A DNA stretch of 64,000 bases from Hypanus sabinus (taxonomy: Eukaryota). The notes under the pieces were generated by a model. That model was not told the DNA's origin, searched no databases, and worked only from the letters and a program-made list of their open reading frames with translations. Shown here in pieces: positions 1-12,916 of the stretch (position 1 is its first letter; each line of letters opens with the position of its first letter). The position numbers and the translations under genes are program-made. Where the stretch lies: NCBI RefSeq assembly GCF_030144855.1, contig NC_082713.1:134602001-134666000 (forward strand). Reading direction: 5' to 3'.

Positions 1-205
1 TAAGGAATTGTAATCTCATAGACACGTACAAAATTGTTATGAGACTAACAGGGTCGATATAGAGCTGATGTTGCTCCTGACTGGGTCTCGAACCAGGGGT
101 CACAGTTTTGGTCAGAAAAGAGAAAGAAACCTTTTCGACTGGAGGGTGATGAGTGTTTGTAATTTTCTACTTAAGTGGGTTGAGGATATGTCATTGATGA
201 CTACT
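1..205 (+). mobile_element. Decayed CR1 LINE 3' fragment
   Basis: Resembles the CR1 ORF2 C-terminal DNA (ctcatagacacgtacaaaatt ... gaaccaggggtcacagt) seen in better-preserved CR1 copies in this window. Confidence 0.5.
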
Positions 206-210
206 TTTAA

Positions 211-2510
211 AGTCAGAGTCAAAGTCAAGTTTATGCGCAAATATGAGTACACACAGGTACAATGAAAAACTTACTTTCAGTAGCAGCACAGGTACATGCA
301 TCACATAACCAGCATGCACAAGAAATTATAAATTAAACACGTTGTTTACAAGATGGAACACAATAAGAACAAAAAAGCAGAGTCCATTGCACAGTAATCA
401 TATTGGTCAGAGTGTTGCAGGACTGTAGTGATTAGGGTAGGACCAGTTATTTCAAGAACTAAACAGGTGAAGGGAAGTAGCTCTTCTTGAACCTCGTGCT
501 GTGGGACTTCAGGCTTCTGTACCTCCTGACTGATGATAGCTGTGCAAGATGGTATGGCACCTTGGAGGGGAAATTTGGTGTTAAGTATTGCTTTTTTTGA
601 GGCAGCACCTCTTTCAGATACTATTCATGGTGGGGAGGGATGTGCTCAGGATGTGTTGTGCAGAGTCCGCTACTCTCTTCTGCTTTTCATATTCCTGTGC
701 ATTTGAATTAGCCTACCTGACCATGATGCAACCTCTCAGGACACTTTCAACAGTGAATTGAATTGACTTTATTTCTTTCATCTTTCATATTCATGAGGAG
801 TAAAAATCTTTACATCTCCATCTAAAGGTGCATAGTAATTTATAATAATTTATAATAAATAGACCAGTCAATGTAACATAGAATACACTCAAATCAGCGT
901 GAGTTCATCAGTCTGATGGCCTGGTGGAAGAAACTGTCCCAGAGCCTGTTGGTTCTGGGTTTTATGCTGTGGGACCGTTTCCCAGATGGTAGCAGCTGGA
1001 ACAGTTGTGGTTGGAGTGATTTGGGTCCTCAATGATCCTATGTGCCCTTTTTACACACCTGTCTTTGTAACTGTCTTGAATTATGGGAAGTTCATGTGTA
1101 CAGATGCGCTGGACTGTCTGCATCACTCTCATCAAGGGAGTACAGTTCCCATACCAGGCAGTGATGCAGCCAGTCAAGATGCACTCAATTGTGCCCCTGT
1201 AGTAGGGTTCTCAGGATCTGGGGGCACACATTTCCTCAACTGTCTGAGGTGAAAGAGGCACTGTTGTGCCTTTTCCACCACCCATCTGGTGTGTACAGAC
1301 CACGTAAGCTCCTTAGTGATGTGCATGCTGAGGAACAAAGCTGTTTACCCTCTCAACCACAGATCCATTGATGTCAATAGGGGTTAGCCCATCTCCATTC
1401 CTCCTGTAATCCACAACCAGTTCTTTTGTTGTTGCGACCCTGAGGGAGAGGTTGTTTTCTTGACACCACTGTGTCAGAGAGATGACTTCTTCCCTGTTGG
1501 CCACCTTGTTATTGTTTGAGATAAGGCCAATCAATGTAGTGTCTTGACAAATTTAATTAGCAGATCAGAGCCATGGGTGGCGATACAGTATACAGGAAGT
1601 AAAGGAGGGGACTTAGTACACAGCCTTGAGAGGCTTCTGTTTGAGAGTCAGAGGGGTGGAGGTGAAGCAGCCCACTCTTACCACCTGCGGTGATCTGACA
1701 GGAAGTCCAGGATCCAGCTGCACAAGACAGGGTCAAGGCCGAGGTCTCTGAGCTTCTTGTCCAGCCTGGATGGAACTATGGTGTTGAATGCTGAGCTGTA
1801 GTCCAAGAACAGCATTCTCACATCCTCCTTCTTTAGATGTGTAAGAATGGTATGTAGGGCAGTGGCTATTGTGTCATCCATCGATCAGCTGTGTCGGTAG
1901 GTGAATTGTAGGGGGTCCAGCGCGGGTGGTAGCAAGCTGCAGATGTAATCCTTGACTAGCCTCACAAAGCATTTGCTTATTATTGAGGTGAGTGTGATAG
2001 GATGGCAGTTGTTCAGGCATGTTACCTTGGTCTTTTTTGGCACAGAGACAAATGTGGATAATTTGAAGCCGAAGGCCACTCCACACTGGGAGAGGGAGAG
2101 ATTAAAAATGTCTGTAAACACACCTGCCCATTGGGCTGTGCACATTGTAAGTACTCGCCCGGGGATGCCGTCCGGTCCCTCAGTCTTGCGACTGTCCACC
2201 TGTTGGAAACATCTGCGTACCTCAGCCTCAGAGATGACCAGGGTGCAGGTTGTAGTGGTGGCTTTCCTCAGAAGCTCAGAGTTAGCGACATCGAACTGAG
2301 TGTAAAAGCAATTGAGCTCATCTGGGAGGGAGCTTGATAGCTTTGCACAGCTCATAGCTGCTTTTCTTGAGCTCTGTAGAAAACTGTTAGGGTGTTCAGT
2401 GACAAGCTTCCTTATCCACCAAAGGAGGATTATGTGTTTCCTTGTGACTGCATCCATGTGCTGGGCCCAGGACAGCTCATCCGATATGTGAATGTTCAGG
2501 AATTTACAAA
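211..2510 (-). mobile_element. Older Rex1/Babar-like LINE 3' fragment (211-754 plus about 2371-2510), split by a younger copy
   Basis: Tail agtcagagtcaaagtcaagtttat and body motif cttcaggcttctgtacctcct. Sequence breaks at acactttcaacagtg (754) and resumes at ctgtagaaaactgttagg (about 2373). Confidence 0.6.
755..2370 (-). mobile_element. Rex1/Babar-like LINE, 5'-truncated, frameshifted RT
   Basis: ORFs 1885-2457 (GPDGIPGRVL, LDPLQFTYR), 1678-1881 ([16 protein letters not shown]), 1313-1534 (TKELVVDYRR) and 962-1177 (TGCITAWYG); gaattgaattg tail at 755. Confidence 0.85.
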
Positions 2511-2680
2511 GTTAACCTGGGAATCATGTGGAGTTAGCATAGGAATGTGGCACAGGGTTTAAAGATCAATTACATGTTTATTGAATGATAGAACAGAAAT
2601 GAAGAGCACAATGGCTATTCCTACTTGTACTTCCTATATCCGTAGAGCATTATTTAACCCAGACAACCTGTTCATATTCT

Positions 2681-3078
2681 ATACCTTTACAGTACGGTCT
2701 GGGTCAATTTTGACCCGGCCTAAGAATCCCCTCATAACAAGTGTCTATACCAGATTTTGAACCACAGATCTATTTAGAATATATAAATAGCCTATCTGAC
2801 ATTAATTAAGGATTAATCACCCATTTATTAATTGTTTCAGAGATCTAAAATCCATTTCAATAGGTACGTCAAATTTGACCCAAAACAGCCTCAATGTACA
2901 AAAATTTGTATCACCTGTACAAAATTATAACATTTTTAAAATATTTTCATTTTTGCACATTTTGGGTCACTTTAGGAAAAGTCATCAAATTTTGGCTTAA
3001 AATGGCATTTAAGGTGTTTTTACTGCTGTCAAATGTCAAAATGGGTCAAATTTGACCCAAACAGTATGTAAGGGTTAA
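2681..3078. mobile_element. piggyBac-like non-autonomous element (MITE)
   Basis: Imperfect 36-bp TIRs: atacctttacagtacggtctgggtcaattttgaccc versus gggtcaaatttgacccaaacagtatgtaagggttaa. Right end reads AGGG-TTAA; left TTAA is decayed. No ORF. Confidence 0.65.
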
Positions 3079-3264
3079 GAGAAAATGTGTTGATTCTCCT
3101 ATTACTATTTGTGGGTATTTCTGTATTCGGATCAGATGCCATATCTTTCTGCATTTCAAAAGTTACATTTCAACAATAGCTCATGGACTTTGCAATATCC
3201 TGGAGTTCAAATGAAAAGTATTTTCTACAAATTAGGAAGGGGTTTCCTAGTGTAATTGAGATGC

Positions 3265-3739
3265 TGTCACAAGGGGGCATTGGGAGCAGACCCAAATGCA
3301 AGACACAGACACTGAAGTACTAGGAAGTGGACTGGACTAGAGTTAGAGACAAGACAGGACACAGACATAGTTCCCAACACAGGGTAGCAGCAAACAGCCA
3401 GACCTACCTAGCGAAGGCATGGACACAGAGACAGTTCTCAACAACAATAGACAGTTCCTTATCTAGACACAGCAAGGCTCCAGTCTTGCTCCAGCAGCAG
3501 AACTTGACAGCAATACAGGCACAATTGCAGACAGGACTTCAGAAGGAAAGTGAAGAGAAGGGAGCAGTCCAACAAATGAAGCAGAACCCAGCAGCTATTT
3601 ATGTAGCCAGCCCAAAATGAGAATCAGGTGCCTCAATTAGAGCACCCAACAGAACAAGGGAAAACCAAAAAACCTGGAATACGGAACAAATGACCGGACC
3701 GTGAACCGGAATGCAGACTTTATGGACCGGACCATGACA
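3265..3739 (-). mobile_element. Solo LTR (Gypsy-type), 475 bp
   Basis: Termini TGTCA...TGACA with a perfect 5-bp TSD GATGC at 3260-3264 and 3740-3744. Orientation is inferred. Confidence 0.85.
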
Positions 3740-4274
3740 GATGCAACTTTGCATTGGCAACAGTTTTAAGGTGATCGTTTAAAAAAACTTGAGAGGAAAT
3801 GAGAATTATCTTTACTATCATGGGTTATATGTTGAATGCACTGCCTCATACATGGAAGTCCATTCAATACTATCTTTTTCACAACAATATCATCACAAGC
3901 TGTGTAATTACCCTGATCATACATTCTATTATTTATTGCAAAAGTACTGGCCAGGACTCCTTGAGGTAGCATTGTGGAATCTTTTACAACCATTTGAGAG
4001 AGCAATAAAGACCTTAGTGTTACATTTCAGCCAAAAAGCTGGCATTTGACAGAGCGCTGGAAAAGGAAAGTTTGTGGGGTTGTGGGGAGAATGTTAGGGA
4101 ATGCTTCTTTCAGATGCTGTCATGAGTGCCAAGGGTGGCATCACTACTTCCTCTGTTGCATAATTTCCATACTTAGTTGCTATATAAGTTTTTTTTACTT
4201 CTACTTCAATCAGAAAACTAACTGTACGGATACCTTAATATTGACGATCACTCCTCATTAGGACATTCCCAGCT

Positions 4275-4910
4275 CTAGAACATCGGACAAACTGGAGCAG
4301 GCCACTTAGTTCCTTGAGTCTGTTCTGCCATTCAATGACATCTTAAAGATCTTCTATCCATGCAAATATCATTGATTAAAAGTGATCTATTTATCTCTGT
4401 TTTACAATTAACCAACCATCAGATGCCATTTGAGAAAGAAAATTCTAAATTTCTAGCTCCCTTTTAGGGTACAAGTTTTCTAACTTCATTGTTGTAGGGC
4501 CAGGGTCCAACTTTTAGAGCTTTTCATTTTTGGCCTAGATTTTCCAGGTAGCAGAAGTAGATTATTTCCTTTTGAACTTCATTAAATCATCCCTGAGCCA
4601 TCTAAAGTCAGGGGAAAAAAATGAACCCACACCCTGGCTTCTGGTCTGTTTTTCATTTAATCCCAAGAGTCCAGGTATCATTGTATGTTGCATTCCCTCC
4701 AGGATCAATATATTTTTTCTAAGATGCCAGAACTGGTCACAATACTCCAAGGGAGGTCTGTTTGAGGGTTTATTTACAGTAGATGTAGGATAGTGTACTC
4801 CTTGTACTCAATATTACTGGACAGAAGGATTGTACTTCATTATCTTTTTTATTTTTTAACACTGTCAATGACAAATTAATGATCTAGGCAGATGGACTTC
4901 CAAGACTTAT
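4275..4910 (-). mobile_element. Decayed CR1 LINE 3' fragment
   Basis: ORF 4562-4750 MEYCDQFWHLRKNILILEGMQH corresponds to the CR1 motif LEYCVQFWSP..KDI..LE.VQR. Confidence 0.7.
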
Positions 4911-6096
4911 CAGACCTTAGCAACATTGGCACAGTGACAAGATTAATATAATTCTCTATGAGTTATTCTGATGTAACATCCACACTGTAACTACAGTACT
5001 TCATTAGCTGACAGATCCTTCTCCTTTGAGAGATTTGCAGAGCAATAATAGGTCAACTTATCCAATAATTTAAAAAGCACATGTGAATCAGATGATTCAG
5101 TCAGTCGAATTAAGTCTAAGCAATTATAAATAATTTATAGGCAGATTTCATATTGTGCTTAAATTAGCTTGGAAATTAAAATAAAATATTTGATTAAAGA
5201 GCAATGACCATGTAACAGATAAAGCAGGAGCATATAAGCAAGAACTTATATGGAGTACAGTAAAATGATAATCACACTGAAAAGCTGCATGTCTCCTTTG
5301 TTTTATACAGAAAAGATACTCATTACCTGCGACAAAGTGCAACCAATAGATGCTGATTATTCCGGACACGTGATTTTGGCTTCAAATTAGACCAAAATTT
5401 AGTAAATTGAGTAACTTCTGTCACCTATGGTCTGATGTCTCTTCAGCTTCATCAGACTTCAGGTAATAGGAGATTGTAATGGAATTCCTGTGATTACTTT
5501 GCATGCATTTACCAGATAACATTTGAACCGCTTGATCTTCTGAATGGAAATAAGTCATGCTTAAAATTTAATCCCACAATAAGTTTCATTACACTCTTAA
5601 TAAATCCACTTCTGTGGGAAAGGAGCAGGAGGGAATAGCAATCCTATGTTGCATGAAAATTCTCAAATAGAAGTATCATTCAGCCCCTTGAGTCTGATCC
5701 CGAGCACAAACAAACTTCACTTCAATCACTTCATCTTCTTGCTTTGTTGTTTACTGAAACCGCCTGCACTGACATCATCCACACTGCTGATTAACTACAG
5801 TATATTATTCTGAGGCACCGGGCATAATCTTGCACAAGATTATGAAAAACATTTTATTTATAATAGGAATTTTGACGCAAAGGAATGCTATCAGTTATCT
5901 GGCTGTCCACTTCCCATTAAAAATATACTATCCACATTAATGTTTATTCCTGACTCTGGTGACCATGATCCAAATCAGAATCAGATTTAATATCACCGGT
6001 AGAAGCAATCAAATTTCATAACTTTACACCAACAGTACAATGAAATACATGATATATAAATATAGTGAAAAAACTGACCTACGTTCAGTATGTGCT

Positions 6097-6108
6097 TGTG
6101 TGTGTGTG

Positions 6109-6179
<71 letters not shown>
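6097..6179. repeat. Compound microsatellite (TG)n(TA)n(GA)n
   Basis: Directly visible. Confidence 0.95.
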
Positions 6180-6182
<3 letters not shown>

Positions 6183-6355
6183 GTTAAGTTAAAATAGTAC
6201 TGCCAAAACAGGAATTAAAAAGCAGTGAGGTAGTGCTCATGGGTTCGATGTCCATACAGAAATCGGATGGCAGAGGAGAAGTAGCTGTTCCTGAATCACT
6301 GAGTGTGTGCTTTCAGGCTTCTGTACCTCTTTCCCAATGGTAGCAGTGTGAAGAA

Positions 6356-6688
6356 GGTATAGATAGAGTGAATGCAAGCAGGCTTTTTGCACTGAGGCTA
6401 GGGGAGAAAAAAACCAGAGGACATGGGTTAAGGGTGAAGGGGGAAAAGTTTAAAGGGAACATGGGGGGGGGGGAATTCTTCACACGGAGAGTGCTGGGAG
6501 TGTGGAATGAGCTGCCAGATGAAGTAGTAAGTCCAGGCTCACTTTTAACATTTAGGAAAAACTTGGACAGGTACATGGATGAGAGGTGTATGGAGGGATA
6601 TGGTGCAGGTGCAGGTCAGAAAAATGGTTCAGCACAGCCAAGAAGGGCCAAAAGACCTGTTTTTGTGCTGTAATGTTCTATGGTTCTA
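6356..6688 (+). mobile_element. CR1 3' fragment nested in the Rex element
   Basis: ORF 6368-6673 TRGHGLRVKGEKFKGN..FFTRRVLGVWNELP; tail gttctatggttcta; splits Rex at gaagaagg|catcc. Confidence 0.85.
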
Positions 6689-7176
6689 CATCCTTGGTGG
6701 TGGGGATCTTTAACGTTGGACACTGCCTTCCTAACACACTGCTCCTTGAAGATATCTTGGATATTATGGAAGCTGGTACCCATGATGGAGGTGACTAATA
6801 CAGGGTTCTGCAACTTATTTCGAACTTGTGCAGTATCACAATGATGAATGGAGAGATTAGCAGAGTTCTTGGCTTGTGTCAGAAAAATCAGCGGAATATG
6901 GACATATTTCTGGATACTGAGCATCACTATTTAGCTTCGGATTCAATTGTTTTCCTTAATTTTCCTTTAATTAAAATGAAGATTATCTCCCTAACTGCAA
7001 AGTTTCAAATTTATACCAATCAGAATCAGATTTAATATCACTTGACCTATGTTGTCAAGTGTATTGTTTTGTGGCAGCAGTACAGTGCAATACATAAAAA
7101 ATTATCAATCACAATATGAAATATGCATTTTAAAAAATCAAATAAATAGCTCAAAAAGAACAAAATATAGTAAGGT

Positions 7177-10100
7177 AGTTGTGCATTTAATATTTCCGTA
7201 ATATTGTAAAGATGTTATTTAAATAATTATTTTTGTTTTTTTAAATAATGCAAAAAATGTAAAAGTACATCAACAGCACACGTCATCATGGTATCACATC
7301 ATAAGTGCATGCCTCACCAAAGGTAAAAACAAAACTAGATGTGTTATCTCTGGGCTCCCATCTTTTTCTTTCAATTAATTTTATGTTTTGATATTACAAA
7401 ACATAACTGTGGCAACAAGTAAGTTTTCAAATGAACTTAAGACAATTAACTGTCTGCTGAAGGGCAGCAAGACAAGCATGTGCTTGTTGCAGAAGGTAAA
7501 GACCTGGTCGAGTTTAAAAAGAAAGGAAGAAAATGGGAGTCTCCTAAGTCCCTCTGCACCTCTGATGTTTGAACCTTCTCCACATTTAGATAATAATCTG
7601 CACTATTGTTTCTTTTACCAAAAAGCATTATCATACATTTCCGAACACTGTATTCCATCAGCTACGTTCTTTGCCCTGTTCTCTAATATGTCTAAGTCCT
7701 GCTGCAATCACATTGCTTGCTCAGCACCACCTACCCCTTCACCTATCTTTGTATCATCTGTAAATTTTTGAGACAAAGCCCACTAATTCCATTATCCAAA
7801 TCACTGACAAACAATGTGAAATGTAGCAGTCCCAATACTTGAGGAGCACGACTAGTCACTGGCAGCCAACCAGAAAAGGCCCCTTTTATTCTTACTCACT
7901 ATCCCTTGCCTATCAACCACTCCTCTATCCATGCCAGTATCTTTCCTGTAATATTTTATGATTTCATTTTGTTAAGCAGCCTCATGCATGGCACCTTATC
8001 AAATGTCTTCTGATAAATCCAAGTAAATGACATCTACTGCCTCTCCTTTGGCCACCCTACTTGCTACTTCCACAAAGAACTCTAACAGATTTGTCAGGCA
8101 AGATTTCCCTTTACAGAAACCATGCTGAATTTGACTTATTTTATTAATAGCCTCCAAGTACCCTGAAACCTCATCCTTGATAATACACTCCAACATTTTT
8201 CCAACCGTTAAGGATAGGCTAACTGGTCAATAATTTTCTTTCTTTTTCCTTTCTCCCTTCTTAAAGAGCGGAGTGACGTTTGCAATCTTCCAGTCCCCAG
8301 GGACCATGACAGAATCAAGTGATTCTTGGAAGATCACGACTAATGCGTCCGTTATCTCTTCAGCAACCTCTCATAGACTCTGGGATGTAGTCCAACTGGT
8401 CCAGGTGACTTATCCACCTTAAGACCTTAGAGTCTGCCTAGCACTTTTTCCTTTGTAACAGTAATGGCACTCACTCCTGCTCCCTGACATTCACGGACCT
8501 TTGGCACACTGCTGGTGTCTTCCTCAGTGAAGACTGATGCAAAGTGCCCATTAAATTTATCTGCCATTTCTTTGTCTTCCATTACTACCTCATTTTCCAA
8601 TGTTTTTTACCCTTGCAGTTTCTTAACTCCACGTACAGAGATTCAACATTCTCTGAGCCTATGTCACTTCTTTCTAAAGATGTAATTCCATCTTTTACCA
8701 ATAGAGCTACATCACTGCCTATACCTTTCCTGCCTGTCCTTTCAATACGTACAAAGTATATCCTTTGATCTTAAGCTCCCAACAATGGTCTTCCTTCAGC
8801 CACGAATCAGTGATGACCATAACATCATACCGACCGATCTCTAATAGCACCATGAGTTTGTCCACCTTCTTCCAAATGCTATGCTCATTTACATACAGCA
8901 CCTTCAGTCCTTCATTCTTCGTCCTTTTGAAGTTTGCCTCTGAGGTAAAATTTAATTCTGCTCTCTCTGCATTTATACCCAATTATTGGCTTGTTCTTCC
9001 TTACATTCATGTTACACCAATCATCTACTTGTAAACCTGTTGGCTCATTCTCAGCTCTATCATACTGGTTCCCATCCCCCTGCTCTATTAGTTTAAACCA
9101 CTCCCAACAGCTCTAGTAAACCTGCCTGCAAAAATATTGATCCCCCTCTGTTTCAAATGAAACCAGTCCCTTTTCTACATGTCACACCTGCTCCAGAAGA
9201 GGTCCCAGTTATCCAAATATCTGAATCCCTGCTTCTGCACCAATTCTTCAGCCACGCATTTACCAGCCACCTCATTCTATACCTGTCCTCATTGTTGTGT
9301 GGCACAGGCTGCAATCCCAAGATTACTATCCTTGAGCTCCTGCTTCTCAACTCCCTTCCTAAATCTCTGTATTCTTTTTTCAGGACCTCCTCCTTTTTTC
9401 CTGCCTTTGTCGTTGGTACCAATATGTACCACAATTTTTGGCTGCTCACCTTCCCTTTTCAGGATAATGTGGATGTGTTCAGAAAAATTGTGGACCTTGG
9501 CACCTGGGAGGCAAACTACCATCCATGTTTCTTTTTTGCGTCCACATAATTGCTTATCTGTCCCCCTAACTACAGGGTCCCCTATCACTGCTGCCACCCA
9601 CTTCAGTTCCCTACCCTTCTGAGCCATAGGGCCAGACTAAGGTACGGCATCACCCCACCCAACACTACTCAAAATGGAGTACTTCTTGATGAGGGGGACC
9701 AGCCATAGGGGTGCTCTCCGCTATCTGATATTCTCCCTTTCCTCTCCTGGGCAGCTATTGTTGTTTGCACAATGCTTTAGATTTCATAAGCAGAATCTAA
9801 AGGAAGGGGAGACCATTTTAGCGTAAGCAGCCTAATTGAAGAGATTGTCTGAGCATTGTCAATGCACTGATGGGCGTAATGATATACTGAGAGATTGCTT
9901 AGTTTGTGAAATCTTACAGGAAAGCTGTCAAAAAATGGCTCCCAACTGAAGCACAACTATCATCATAATAGCAATTGAAATCACTATGTCAATGGAAACA
10001 GCAGACAGAGGTGAAATTGAGTTACAGTCAGGTATGAAAATGAGCCTGAACAAAATTGTAGTGTCTAGACAGAGGCCAACCTGGCTGAACAATTTGTCTT

Positions 10101-12916
10101 ACCTTTGTGGCGGGGGCTCACATACCCCAGAGCAGTGCAGATTTAAAGGTGAAACTTGCAGAAAATGCAAAAAAAGTAGGGCACGCACAAAGAGCACACC
10201 AGCCAGTCAAAAATAAATGGACTGCAAAGATTAAAAAAAAGTCAAGTTAGAGTTTCAAAGGGAGTGGTAATTTGCATACTATTAATGAAAAATCTGATTT
10301 TTGATGCGAGTGAGATACAAAAAACCTCAAGTAGCCTTGAGATTTATCTTTTGAAAATTAACAATAGACAAGCAATATAGTTGGCACCGGAAATGAACAG
10401 CAAATTAATTAAAATGGAATTGGACACAGGCTTGGTTATTTCAGTCAGTCCATAAAATGAGTTTGAATGACATTTCAAAGATACTGAACTGAAGCCTGCA
10501 GATATCTGACTAAGAACTTTTACTGGAGAAAAGATAACTCCTGCAGCAATAACATTTGTAATGGTGAAGTACAACAACCAACAAGCCACACTGGGCTAGT
10601 ATGTGGGAAAGAAACAGAAGCAGCAGCATTGTGGGCTGTGATTGGCTGAGGCAGCTACAACTTGATTGGCGATCCATCCACCCTTTGTATGCCACATCCC
10701 CTGCAATAGAGTCAACTGAAACCAAATTAAGAAAGGTACTGAATGAAGCCACAGCAGTGTTCAGGGATGGCATTGGAAAACTCAAACATATCAAGGGTGT
10801 TAAATGGAAATGCCACACCCAAGTTTTTCAAAGCCCTTATACCCTCTGTGATAGCGTAGCCAATCAGCTTGATTGCATGGAGGCTGAAGGAATCCTTTCC
10901 AAGGTTAAATGGAGCCCAAGGACAATGTCAGTGGTCCTAGTAGCCAAGAAGAATGTGTCTGTCAGGATCTGTGGTAAAAGTGGATCAATACACCCTGCCC
11001 AGTACAGATGCAAGAAAAAGCTATAGCAAAGTGGACTTAGCTGAGGGAGGTTTACGTACAGATGGAAATGGAAGAAGAGGGTAAAATGTTTTTCACCATA
11101 AACACTCACCAGAGGACATTATCACCGTAATAGGAGAAGCATCTGCACCTGCACTCTGGCAGAAAGCTGTGGACCAGGTGCTACAAGGCTGCCCAGGTTA
11201 TCAGTGTTTCCTAAATGACATTATTGTTACCAGTGAGGATGACAAGGAACATCTCCCAAATCTCAAGATAATGTTAAAAAGATTGTAAGATTATCAGGCA
11301 GAGCATGATGCAACAAGTGTAAATTCTTTAAACCATGCATCCCTTACTGCAGTCACTCTATTTGTACAAGTGTGCTGAGAAAATTCAAGCAGTGGTGGAT
11401 GATCCAAGGTCAAAGGATGTGTCAGAGTTGCAGTCCTTTATAGTATTTGTCAAATACCTGCCAAACCTGGTTAATATGCTCCACCCATAGAACTTATTAC
11501 TCCAGATCAGGAGGAAAAGCAGTGTGTGGTGACTTTCAATGAGGTGAAGGGAAGTGTGAAGTCACACATTATGATCCATATCATCCAGAGAAGTTTCCCT
11601 GTGACACCTTGCCTTACGGCATAGGTGCAATCAGGTCTCACGTTATGAGTGATGGAAGTGAATGCCCCATAGCTTCTGCATCACATTCCCGTTCAGCTGC
11701 AGGGAACATTTACGCACAGATTAATGGAGTGGTGTTGAGTCTTGTTTGGGGTATAAAACATTTCAACCAGTAGTTGTATGGCACAGAGTTTACCCTCATT
11801 ACTGACAATCAACCACTACTGTCTATTTTCGATCTACAGAAGGATGTTCCACTAACATCAACAGAATGAATGCAGAGATGGACTCTGTTTCTTGGAGGAT
11901 GTAATTACAAGACTGAATTAAAGAGGATGTTTAATCATGGAAATGCTGATGGATTGTCACATTTACACTTAGAAAAGGAAATACCTGAAAAATTTACAAA
12001 AGAAGACACTCGTATTAAGGTATTCTCCACAATGTAAATCAAAAGTCTTACTATTACAGCAGAGATGATCGAAAGAGAAATCAGAAGAGACTCGTCAGTG
12101 GCTCAGGTCTACATCAAATGTATAGCAGAAACTCCAGTTCCCCCATTTTTACCAGGGCTGTGATGAACTTGCCCTTAACAGGGATTACCTTATGTGGGGA
12201 TTGAAGCTGTTGTCTAAGCTGAGAACTAAAGTGTTGGAGGAACTATATGCCAGTCATGTAGGTGTGGTCAAAATGAAAGCTTGGCTCAAAGTTTTATCTG
12301 GTGGCCTGGGATAGAACAGCAGATCAAGCAGCTTTCCATGCACTGTTTTGATGCCAACATGTTTAGAATAAAGATGTCCAGAGTGGTCAGAAGCACATCC
12401 TGTAGTACCAGAGTCAATTCCTACAACCACCACGGAGGAGGCCCCAGAACATGAGATCGTTTCACAGCCACATCACACCCGCCAAGCAGGAAGGACAATA
12501 TCCCACAAGATTAAGAAATCCTCCACGGAGATTATATCTTTAGGCTTGAAAGAGACAATTTATAATTTGTTATGTTGTGGATATCTATATATAGTTGTAG
12601 TATATATTAAACTAAATTGTGTATATCGTTGAGATGGCTTCTACATTGAGATGGAGATATAGCTAAACATGGAGGTGTGTTGTGTTTTTAATATTTCAAA
12701 AATATTTGAGTAATTTCAAATATATTGCTTAATTATTCTTTGTTGCTTACATAATGTATTGCAGGTTATATGTAAAAGTATGTGAATAGCATACGTTATC
12801 ACTCTACCACATCAAAGGTGCATACCTCACCAAAAGTAAAAACAAAACTAGACACATTGTCTCTAGGCTCCCATCTTTTTCTTTCAATTACTTTTATATA
12901 TTGGAGTTACAAAACA
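7177..12916 (+). mobile_element. Mag-clade-like Ty3/Gypsy LTR retrotransposon, decayed (copy 1)
   Basis: 5' LTR about 7177-7403 and 3' LTR 12678-12916, both ending ttacaaaaca. PBS-like tggcaacaag at 7410. gag with CCHC remnants (9986-10216), protease atggaattggacacaggc (MELDTG, about 10413), RT and RNaseH remnants, integrase Zn finger. Integrase core is deleted near 12365. Confidence 0.9.
7536..9748 (-). mobile_element. CR1 LINE (ORF1 esterase, APE N-terminus, RT pieces) nested in Gypsy copy 1
   Basis: ORFs 9289-9627 and 9153-9449 (VIGDPVVRGTD..VCLPGAKV, HIGTND; SGNH-type ORF1), 8719-8982 (LKVLYVN) and 7999-8196 (QHGFCKGKSCLTNLLEFF). 3' end is missing. Confidence 0.9.

Larger units (their letters stand above)
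5972..6840 (-). mobile_element. Rex1/Babar-like 3' fragment containing a microsatellite and a nested CR1
   Basis: aatcagaatcaga tail; tttcaggcttctgtacctc; ORF 6616-6927 (IQDIFKEQCVRKAVSNVKDPHH). Confidence 0.75.
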
